A stretch of 64,000 nt of DNA, taken from Mustelus asterias. Lineage: Eukaryota. Below are positions 50,682 through 61,169 of the stretch, one piece after another. Both the position numbers and the translations under genes were made by a program. Numbering within the stretch: the first letter of the stretch is position 1; the number at the start of each line of letters is the position of its first letter. The DNA is taken from the NCBI RefSeq assembly GCF_964213995.1, contig NW_027592047.1:1-64000 (forward strand), in the 5' to 3' direction. The notes under the pieces were generated by a model, which saw only the letters and a list, made by a program, of their open reading frames with translations, did not search any database and was not told the origin of the DNA.

Positions 50682-51012
50682 ATTGGGTTAACGACTGGTC
50701 ACCACGCCCCGAGACTTCCCGAATACTGTCCTCCAGTCCCTTCAGAGATTATTTCCACTCCAGGGGACACCGGCAATCTATCCAGAACAATACTCCGGGA
50801 ATTTACCGAGGAGACAGTGCAGTGCTTAGAAATGCTGCACTGTCAGAGCTGCCAGCCTCGCGGTGACCTGTTAAATCTGGGGCACCGTCTTCCCTCTCAG
50901 GTGGAGGTGCCACATGGTCACTGTTTCCAAAAAGAGCAAGAGAAACATCCTGTTCGATATCTGTTCACCAGTCGCAGTGACTGACACAGCCAGAGCACTG
51001 CAATATTACTGA
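50682..51012 (+). pseudogene. Degenerate V-domain relic with IgH-like FR3
   Basis: Acceptor TTTTCCCAG. PSEIISTPGDTGNLS in one frame and MVTVSKKSKRNILFDICSPVAVTDTARALQYY* in another. No RSS. Confidence 0.45.
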
Positions 51013-51264
51013 ATGAAATAATATGCTGAGTCCAAATTAGCTGCTGTGTTTACGACATAAAACACTTCGGGACATTACAATTTACAAATATTATCATGCT
51101 CATACTTTTAAGTGCCCCGGTGTTTAAATTTTGCAATATATTTGTTATTCATAAAAATATTCTCAGTGAAAGATTGAGAAATCACCACGATTTCAGGTTC
51201 CATTTCAGACTCACTCTGATTCAAAGTTTGCCTAACGCTCTGTTATGCTGAGCGAGGCTCTGAT

Positions 51265-51303
51265 AGTTTTTGTACAGGTTCAGCCCAGCTCTGTGTCTCT
51301 GTG
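51265..51303 (-). other. 23-RSS
   Basis: CACAGAG - 23 bp - ACAAAAACT. Confidence 0.93.
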
Positions 51304-51610
51304 GGACTCAGTGCGCAGTAATAAACCCCGGAGTCTGCCAGCTCTGTTTTCGACACTTTCAACGGGACGGTGCGGATTGTATCATTGAGTTCCGCTGAAA
51401 AACGTTCCCCTGAGGACATCTCTGTGTTGCCACTGTATTTATACCTCTTCAGCAGAAACTCCATGGACCCACTGGAATGCTGACGGTACCAGAATAAATA
51501 AGGAGTGCTAGTACTTGGAGCTGTATAATTACAGAGCAACTGAACAATATTTCCTTCAGTAACGGTGACTGCAGCCGGTGTCTGTGAAACAGAATCTCCT
51601 CCACAGTGTC
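51304..51610 (-). CDS. TRAV: TCR alpha/delta V exon, open frame, leader exon not located
   Basis: TTCTTACAG|GHCGGDSVSQTPAAVTVTEG..LLCNY..LFWYRQ..ERFSAEL..DSGVYYCALS. Confidence 0.9.
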
Positions 51611-52159
51611 CTGTAAGAAAGCAAAGGAATATTAATCTAAACAATGCGACTTCACTCTGCCCCCCACGAACCCCCCCCCCCCCCCCCACTCCTAGAATCT
51701 GCCGTAATCTTGAACAATAATCTCAGAAAGAAATCACACAGCACAACAAAACATATATTTCACAGTTCAGCGGCTAGAAAGGGAAGGGCTTGTGGGGATT
51801 AAATAAAACTTCCACCATAAACATTCTGTTCTTTCTAAAGAGATCAGTTCCTCGCCTTCAGTCCCTGTAACTGGAAACCGCTCACGGTCTGTCTGTCTGA
51901 AGTGTGGTGTTTGCCAAAATCATTCACTGGTATCAGAGGAGCTTCAATCTGAGCCCAACTCATTCCCTCTCATTCCATGGGAGAAATGTGCCCAATCCCA
52001 ACAGTGCTCAGTGTTGAGACCAGCGAGATCATGATAATGTTTCGATGTTGTGATCAATCCATTCCCTGATCACCCACCCCCTCCCCCTTGCATTGAGCGA
52101 ACCACCTGACAGAATATATTATGTGGGAATGATGTACAACACAGAATTGAGCAACTTGT

Positions 52160-52535
52160 GAACCTACCGGTTAAAAGAGCTGTCGCTATGAGGAATAAAT
52201 ACAGAGTAACAGGAGACATGTTTGCCGAGAGCTGGAAGCGGATTATGAGGGGCATGACAGTCATAGCGAGAGTGTAGAGAAAGATCAACTTAGTGTGAGG
52301 CAGATCCATTCAAAAGTCTGATGGCAGCAGGGAAGAAGCTGTTTTTGAGTCGGTTGGTACATAACCTCAGACCTTTGTGGATTTTTCCGACAGAAGAAGG
52401 TGAAAGAGAGAATGTCCAGGTGCGTGGGGTCCTTAATTATGCTGGCTGCTTTTCCGGGGCAGCGGGAAGTGTAGACAGTCAATGGATGGGAGGCTGGTTT
52501 GCGTGATGGACTGGGCTTCATTCACAACCCTTTGT
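52160..52535 (-). mobile_element. Rex1/Babar-like LINE 3' end
   Basis: VYTSRC..KAASIIKDPTH; homologous to 54240-54650. Confidence 0.75.
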
Positions 52536-53152
52536 ATAGTCCCCACCAGTCACACACGACACACACACAGTCCAGAAGAGACACACGTGTGGAAGATGAT
52601 GGTGTCGGAGGCAGAGGTGCCTCGAGCTATCCGTGCAGCAACGCAGGTCCAGTGCGCTGAAGGCTGTCCTCCTCGGCAGCAATGACCTGCCACCGGTCTG
52701 CGCCTTCACAAGACTCTGGACACAATGGGTAAAGAGAGATAGAGAGTGAGAGATGGATTGATATATATACATGATGAGAGAGAGAGAGAGATTGCCCCAA
52801 TACAAACATCGCTCCCCAACCTCTCTATTCCCCCTCCCCAGCAACTATCTGAAGCTAAATTAATGTCACAACATCACTGCCATCTTTTACCCAAAACTTA
52901 GCTTCAGACCCTGTCCCTCTATATTTAACCAGCCCGTCTCTGACATCTCCTCCAGTCACACAACCCTGTGAGATGTCTGCACCGCTCTAATTGTGGCATC
53001 GTGAGCGTTCCACATGCAACATGACTTGCATCGATAAACTCTCATCTCCAACATTTCAATTGAAGTTTCAAAGCTCAATGGCTTTGAAGCCGAATGGTCC
53101 AGATTGCCATGGCCTTCAATGTGAACAAGTTCTTTGTGATGTCACTACAGAG

Positions 53153-53740
53153 GTTGCCTAGGAAACAATGACTGAACACAGGGGGTGAATGTGAGAAGCT
53201 GAAGTTTCCACTTGAAGACATTCCCAGTGTCTCTGAGCAGCTGAACTGGGGAAGCCTTTGGGCAGAGACTGTGCTGCTGCTATTGCCCTTCCTGGCCACC
53301 AGGCGTCGCTGTAACGCTCCCGGGGGGGCTGCTCCTCCCCAGTGTCACCTCTTGCCCACTCCGGCCCATGCTCGTTGGCGGGACAACAGGGGGACTTGTC
53401 GAGGGGGGCGGGGCGGCCTGTGCGCATGTGCGGGACGGGAATGCTCCCAGAGGTCAGCGCGCGCGGACGCCGCCGCATTGATGCCGTCTCCCCTGGCAAC
53501 GCAAGATGGTCGCCGCCGCCGCCTCCCTTGGCAACGGAATATGGCCGCTGGCCGTCTCCCTTGGCAACGCAAGATGGCCGCCGGCGGTGGGTGTCATTGC
53601 GGCGCACGCGCAGTGAGGTGTGTCTGCAGCCATTGTCCAGATTGCCCCCAGTGGATGGGGTTGGGATTGTGCAGCAGATGGAGCAACAATCCCAGTTTCA
53701 ATAGGGGGACAGAAGCTGCAATGCTGCCCCCTGTTGGTCA
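53153..53740 (+). promoter_or_regulatory. CpG-island-like promoter with RFX X-box, NRF1-, YY1- and CTCF-like motifs
   Basis: GTTGCCTAGGAAAC 53153, TGCGCATGTGCG 53421, three G(T/C)CTCCC(C/T)TGGCAAC, AAGATGGCCGCC 53571, TGCTGCCCCCTGTTGG 53722. Confidence 0.55.
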
Positions 53741-53804
53741 CTTCTCCCAGTCTCAGCATTGCAGAGTGTTTAAACAAGAGTGCATTGTCACAGCAGCACC
53801 TTGA

Positions 53805-54020
53805 CCTTCAGTTTCAGTTTATTTATTAGTGTCAGAAGTAGGCTTACATTAACACTACAATGAAGTTACTGTGAGAATCCCCTAGTCGCCCACACTCCGG
53901 CGCCTGTTCGGGTTACACTGAGGGGGAATTTAGCACGGCCTATGCACCCTAACCAGCACATCTTTCAGACTGTGGGAGGAAACCGGAGCACCCGGAGGAA
54001 ACCCACGCAGACACGGGGAG
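53805..54020 (-). mobile_element. V-SINE, partial
   Basis: Same sequence as the 15150 element. Confidence 0.88.
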
Positions 54021-54239
54021 GGGACAGCCCGGGGGAAAGCTCCATTCCAACTGTCCCTGGAGTGTCAGATTAACCTGGGTCACTCACGCACCCCCCCCGG
54101 CTAAGACTCACCTCCCTCAGACAGTGAGACCCTCCTGTATCACTCACCTTACTGTAGTCAGATACCCTCAGACTCAGCACTGGGTCCTGGGCGTGTTCTT
54201 TAAATGCTGCGACCTATCGTGGAGGAAAGAATTGGGAGG

Positions 54240-54885
54240 ATTTTGATTTGATTTGATTTATTACTGTCGCATGTATTGGGATACAGTGAAAAGTATTGTT
54301 TCTTGTATGCTGTACAGACAAAACATACCGTTCATAGAGTACATCGGGGAGAAGTAAAAGAGAGGGTGCAGAATGTAGTGTTGCAGTCATAGGGAGGGTG
54401 TAGAGAAAGATAAATCTAATATGTAGCAGGTCCATTCACAAGTCTGAGGGCAGCCGGGAAGTTCTTGAGTCGGTTGGTACGTGATCTCAGACTTTGTATC
54501 TTTTTCCTGACGGAAGAAGGTGGAAGAGAGAATGTGTGCATGAGGTCCTTAATTATGCTGGCTGCTTTTCTAAGGCCGCGGGAAGTGTAGACAGAGTCAA
54601 TGAATGCGAGGCTAGTCTGCGTGATGGACGGGGCGACATTCACGACCTTTTGTAATTTCTTGCAGTCTTGGACAGAGCAGAAACCAGACCAAGCCGTGAT
54701 ACAGAAAGGATGCTTTCTATGGTGCATCTGTAGAAGTTGGTGAGAGTCGTAGCTGACATTCCAAATTTCCTCAGCCTCCTGAGAAAGTAGACGTGTTGGT
54801 GGGCTTTCTCAATTATAGTGTCGGCATGGGGGGACCAGGACAGGTTGTTGGTGATCTGGACACCTAGAAACTTGAAGTTGAGACC
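54240..54885 (-). mobile_element. Rex1/Babar-like LINE 3' portion
   Basis: FKFLGVQITNNLSW..KAHQHVYFLRRLRKFGMS..NFYRCTIESILS, ATTTG-repeat tail. Confidence 0.85.
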
Positions 54886-54899
54886 CAAATGACAAGTTG

Positions 54900-56290
54900 T
54901 CATAGTGTCATAGATGTTTACTGCAGGGAAACAGGCCCTTTGGCCCAACTTGTCATTTTGACCTTTTTCTTTTAACCCCTAAGCGAGTCCCAATTCCCCA
55001 CATTTGGCCCATATCCCTCTACATCTATCTTACCCATGTAACTGTCTAAATGCTTTTTAAAAGATAAAATTGTGTCCGTCTCTACTACTACCTTTGGCAG
55101 CTTGTTCCAGACGCTCATCACTCTCTGTGTGAAAAGATTGCCCCTCTGGACACTTTTGTATGTCCCCCCTCTCACCTTAAACCCATGCCCTCGAGTTTTA
55201 GACTCCCCTACCTTTGGGAAAAGATATTGACTATCTATTGTGTGTCAACCATAGAATAGCCACAGAATGAAGGAGGCCATTCAGCCCATTCAGCTGGTGT
55301 CGACTCTCTGCTAGAGCAATCGAGCCAGTCCCACTGCTCCACCTTGTCCCTGGAGCCCTGCAAATCTTTTCCCATCAGCTTCCCATCCCATTTCCTCTGG
55401 AAAGACAGCGAGGAGCAGAGAGGAAAGAGGTACTTGGGGAATGGAAAGTTTCATCTGATGTTCTTGTTGGCAGATGCTCTGTGGTGGATAAAGCTGGCAG
55501 CCTCCTCCAGAAAGCAGCACAGAGTGAATGGAAGGGGCAGAATGTGAGTGAGATGAGACACGAGAGAGAGAGAGAGAGAGAGAGGTGAAAGCTTTCTGTT
55601 TGTCAGCAAAAAGCACAATGGTGGCCCTGTGTCCTTCAGGGAGCGGCCCAGGCCTCGCTCAAAGCCTGCCCTGTCCTCACACTCACTGGGAGACGGCCAT
55701 TTCTAACATGTTGTCCATGCTTCTGAGCTGACACTGAGACAAACACAACAACAGCAGCCACTATCCGGACAAGTCCTCACGGAGAATGAAATGTCCAAAG
55801 CCACTTCAAAGGAAGATTGCGCGGCAGGATTTGTCCCCGAGCTGCGGAGGGAGAGATTTGGATGGATGACCAGAAGCTGGGTCAGTGAGGTTGTGTTTTA
55901 GCAATGGAGGTCCAGAGAACAGAAAAGGCCCTTCGGCCCATTGCATCTGTGCCGGTCAAAGACAAACCACCCAACTTGGCTCACGGCCTGGTAAGCCTTG
56001 GCATTGCAAATGCATAGCTAAGCACTTCTTAAACGTTCTGAGGGTCTCTGCCTCCACCACCCTTTCAGGCAGAGAGTTCCAGACTCCCACCACCCTCTGG
56101 GTGAAAAAGGTTTTCCTCACATCCCCTGTAAACCTCCTGCCCCTTACCCTAAATCTATACCCCCTGGTCATTGATCCCACCACCAAGGGGAAAGCTTTCT
56201 TCCCGTCTACTCTATCGATGTCCCTCATAATCTTATCCATCTCCATCATGTTCCCCCTCAGCCTCCTCTGCTCCACGGAAAACAACCCCA
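54900..56290 (-). mobile_element. CR1 3' fragments (54900-55240 and 55915-56290)
   Basis: FTQRVMSVWNKLP; RRLRGNM..TRGYRFRVRG..FFTQRVVGVWNSLP. Confidence 0.85.
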
Positions 56291-56454
56291 GGGTGGAATC
56301 TTATCACTGTTCAGGCCGGCAGGATTTTCCCATCCCACTGCAGTGAAAGGAGATTTGGCAAGTCACCAGATTCTCCGACCTCGCTGAGCGGGAGTGTGGC
56401 GTCAACAGGTGGTAAGATCACACCCTCAGTCTATAAAATCTCTCTTCAGTTCGA

Positions 56455-57165
56455 GTGGCGGCACGGTAGCACAGTGGTTAGCACTGCTGCCTCACAGCGC
56501 CAGGGACCCGGGTTCAATTCCGGCCTCGGGTTACTGTCTGTGTGGAGTTTGCACATTCTCCCCATGTCTGCGTGGGTTTCCCCCGGGTGCATTGTCCATG
56601 CAAAATTGCCCTGAGGGTCCCACGATGTATAGGTTAGGGGGATTAGCGGGAACATACGTGGGGTTACGGGGTAAGCCTGGGTAAGAGTCCGTGCAGATTT
56701 GATGGGTCGAATGGCCTCATTCTGGACTGTAGGGATTCTATGATTCTATGAACTAAAACTCTCCAGGCCAGGCAACATCCTGGTGAATCTCCTCTGCACC
56801 TTTTCCAGTGCTATCACATCCCTCCTATCCTGTGCATTCCACAACTGCACAATGTTTCGATGAGGGGCAGCACAGTGGTTAACACTGCTGCCTCACAGCG
56901 CCAGGGACCCGGGTTTGATTCCTGGCTTGGGTCACTGTCAGTGTGGAGTTTGTACATTCTCCCCGTGTCTGCGTGGGTTTCCACCGGGTGCTGCGGTTTC
57001 CTCCCACAGTTCGAAAGACGCGCTGGTTAGGTGTATCAGCCATGCTAAATTCTCCCCAAGTTGCCCAAACAGGCGCCAGAGCATGGCGACTACGGATTTT
57101 CCACAGTAACTTCATTGCAGTGTTAATGTAACCCTACTTGTGACACTAATAAATAAACTTTTAAA
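56455..57165 (+). mobile_element. Two V-SINE copies with a CR1 sliver between them
   Basis: tRNA-like heads at ~56457 and ~56864. Confidence 0.88.
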
Positions 57166-57931
57166 CCTGATACTCGATTCCCCCATGTTGGCCTTGTTCT
57201 GTGATCATTAATGCGGATGTTTAGATTATTCAATAGTTCTTTGAGGACAGCAGACACAGGGGAAAAAAAACATGTGACTCTGTACACAACAGATATATTT
57301 CAAGGGGATATTGCAGCCAGCTGTATCTGAGTGGCAGTAATCTTCCCTCAGAATCAGACAGATTGTGGGTTCAGCTCAGAGCCTCAAATACTCGGCCCTT
57401 AGCATCGATCAGAGCCTCCGCGCACAGCATGATGGGAGAGCGGACAAAGGAAAGTGGTGTTGAATTTGTGAGCCTTGTTTTGTGGAAAGCTTTAGTGTTT
57501 GGTCAGAATGTTAATTTTTGAGTGGACCTACCATACATTAAGCTGATCTTTCTCTATACCCTATCGGCAACACTGTATTCTGCACCCTCTCCTCTCCTTC
57601 TCCCGAATGGACTCTATGAACGGTATGTTTTGTCTGTGTAGCGTGCAAGAAACAAAACTTTTCACTGTGTCCCAATACATGGGATAGGGCTACATGGTGG
57701 ACAGTGTTTAGCACTGCTGCCTCACAGCACCAGGAACCCGGGTTCAATTCTCGGTTGGGAGTTGAGTTTGCACATTCTCCCTGTGTCTGCGTGGGTTCCC
57801 TCCGGGTGCCCCGGTTTCCTTCCACAGTCCAAAGATGTGCAGATTAGGTGGAATCCGAGACGCTACAGAAGCAGGGTAAAGATTTGAAAATGAAGTGTTT
57901 CTTACCCACTTTTAAAAGACAATCCACATTC

Positions 57932-59625
57932 GCACCAGTCACATTTCACACACTCTGCTCAGTCCTGTGTTGGGGGGGGTGTTTAGTGCGGGATCAGTGT
58001 CCGCTTTTCTCAAACCGCAGTGATATTCCCAACAAGGGCACGAGGTTTCAGTGTTTAAACATGTAAAGATTACAAAACTAAACCAGACAGAAAGTGATGA
58101 GGCCTCACACCTTCAATGTAGTAATCTTCGCTCAGAGTCAGAGAGATTGTGGGTTCAGGTCAGAGCCTGAAATACTAGGCCCTTAGCATCGAGACACACA
58201 GAGACAGAGAAACACAGAGACAGAGACAGATACAGAGAAATGCAGAGACAGAGAGACACACACAGATACATAGAGAGATATACACACAGAGGCAGAGAGA
58301 GAGACACAGATCCAGAGAAGTACAGAGACAGAGAGACACACAGATACAGAGAAATAGAGACAGAGAGAAACAAAGAGAGAGACACAAACACAGAGACAGA
58401 GTGAAATATACAAATATACAGAGAGAGACACAGATACAGAGAAATACAGAGACAGATACACAGAGAGATAGAGACACAGAGAGATAGAGACACAGAGAGA
58501 CACACAGATACACAGAGAGATAGAAACAGAGAGACACACAGACACACAGAGAGATAGAGACACAGAGAGACACACAGATACACAGAGAGATAGAGACAGA
58601 GAGACACACAGACACACAGAGAGATAGAGACAGAGAGACACACAGATACACAGCGAGATAGAAACAGAGAGACACACAGATACACAGAGAGATAGAGACA
58701 CAGAGAGACGCACAGATACACAGAGAGACGCACAGATACACAGAGAGATAGAGACAGAGAGACACACACATAAACACACCAACAGAGAAATACAGAAAGA
58801 GAGTTTGGCAAAGTCAGATTTTATTTTCCATTCAATATTTATTTACAAATTCAGAGAATATTTGACAGGAAAATTGATTTTAAAGTTAACAAAAGTGAAT
58901 CTGACCTTTGAGCTTCACAATGAGATCAGAACCCCCCCGCTCTGAACTGCCCAATATCTGTACAGCTGTACCAGACACCAGAAAGAGAAAACCAGAGCTC
59001 AACATCACGGGAAATGAACAATTGTGAACAAGGAACGAGAAAAGTTATTAATTTATACCTGAGATTTAAACTACAGGAAAACTATTAACTACAATTACAT
59101 TACAACAAAAGTTATCGTATACATTTCACACTGAAAACTGAACTACCGCCCACAATTGTCTCAGTGACAGATTCAGAATGATAAACTGAGAGAATTTCAC
59201 TGTTGGAGTCACCGACAGCAGATATTGTATTTGTGTCAATCAGGAATCTTAATAATCAGCTGAGGGAAATCTGCACCGTCCAAAATTCAACCCATCACTT
59301 GATCTGTAAAAGAAAGATACAATAATGAAGCAGATGTTTATGATGCGGGACATTAATGTTAGAGTTTTTAATCAATGAATCATTTAGAGATTTTTCAAAT
59401 CCCTTCTGTCAGTTTGACAATCCACTCTGACACCAGTCACATTTCACACTCTCTGCTCAGTCCTGTGTTGGGGGGGGTGGTGTTTAGTGTGGGATCAGTG
59501 TTTGCTTTTCTCAAACCGCAGTGATATTCCCAACAAGGGCAAGAGATTTCAGTGTTTAAAAATGTAAAGATTTCAGAACAAAACCAGACAGAGAGTGATG
59601 AGGCCTCACACCTTCAATGTAGTGA
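57932..59625 (+). repeat. ~195-bp direct duplication (57932-58125 / 59430-59625) flanking a GA/CA microsatellite (58190-58800)
   Basis: CACCAGTCACATTTCACACTCT...GATGAGGCCTCACACCTTCAATGTAGT occurs twice; related copy near 21165. Confidence 0.85.
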
Positions 59626-60329
59626 TTCCCCCAATCTTTCCTTTTGTATATTGCTTCCTTCCTCTGTCTGAAGTATTGGAGACGTCGACATCACTGAAAC
59701 AATACAATCTCTCGGGACAATCACTGTAAACAGCTTCTGGAAACAAATTAACACTTTAATCACCCAAAAAGCAGCAGAGGATGGCAGTGTATCACTGTCA
59801 GCACAATAGAGACAAACAGCCTTTAGCAAGAGAGGCTTTGACCCTTTTTCAAACCAAATCCCCAATTTGATGTTTCCAGCTGCGCTGTTTACAATGCTGC
59901 TGAATATTGTGTGTCTTTGGTAAACTGGGATGTGTAGCATTCAGTCACATTAAGTGGTCAATAAATACGTCCACACTGTGTATATCTTTCTGTGTGTGTG
60001 TGTCAGCGTGCATGTGTGTCAATGTATTTAAATCTCAAAGGAAAATAGGAGCAGATGTAGGCCATTTGGCCCATCGATCCTGCGCCAGCATTCAAACAGA
60101 TCATGGTGCACGTACGCACACAAAACACGCACACACCAACACACACAAAACACGCACACACCAACACACACAAAACACGCACACACCAACACACACAAAA
60201 CACGCACACACACAAAGCACGCACACACACAAAACACACACACACAAGCACACATAAAACACGCACAAAAAGCACACACACAAACAATAAACGCACACAC
60301 ACACAAACACACACACACGCATCAAACAC

Positions 60330-60643
60330 ACAGTTAGCACTGCTGCCTCACAGTGCCAGGGACCCGGGTTCGATTCCCGGCTTGGGTCACTGTCTGTGCG
60401 GAGTTTGCACGTTCTCCCCGTGTCTGCGTGGGTTTCCTCCGGGTGCTCCGGTTTCCTCCCACAGTCTGAAAGACGTTCTGGTTCGGGTGCATTGGCCGTG
60501 CTAAATTGTCCCTCCGCGTCAGGGAGACGAGCTCGGGTAAATGCATGGGGTAATGGGGATAGGGCCTGGGTGGGATTGTGGTCGGTGCAGACTCAATGGG
60601 CCAAATGGCCTCCTTCTGCACTGCAGGAGTCTAGGATTCTATG
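60330..60643 (+). mobile_element. V-SINE
   Basis: GTTAGCACTGCTGCCTCACAG...GGTTCGATTCCC plus V core and CR1-like tail. Confidence 0.88.
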
Positions 60644-60737
60644 AAAACACACAGAAACAGATATTCTCACCCAGTAACACTCACACGCACACAGTAATAA
60701 ACACACACGGAAACATGTCCATGCACACACACGCATG

Positions 60738-60771
<34 letters not shown>

Positions 60772-61169
60772 CGCATGCACACACACACACACACACAGAT
60801 TCCTATTTTATTTCACACAATCGATTTGCGTCTTGAACATGCTGAATGATTGGGCTTCCACATCCCCCTGGAATAGAAAATTCCAAAGATTCACCACCCT
60901 CTGAGTGAAGAAATTCCTCTCACCTCAGTCTTCAATGGTCTGCCCCTGATTCTGAGATTGTGTCCCCTGGTTCTAGTCTCACCAGCCAGGGGAAACATCC
61001 AATCTACATCCACCCTGTCACACCCTGTAAGAATTTTAAGTCTGTTTCAATGGGATCGCCTCTCAATCTTCAAGGGTTCAAGGCCGACTTCCGGACTTGA
61101 CGGCCATGGAAGGTGTGCTCATAACGGGGCCAAACAGCTGGATTATCAAACAGTAAATCCTGCCGGGAT

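Noticed and set aside
59614-59965. 108-aa minus ORF, or a plus-strand exon-like IGDVDITETIQ...SAQ* with AATAAA
   Set aside because: No recognisable family and the strand is ambiguous
58155-60849. Cys/Val/Leu- or His/Thr-rich ORFs
   Set aside because: Translated CA/GA microsatellites and SINE sequence
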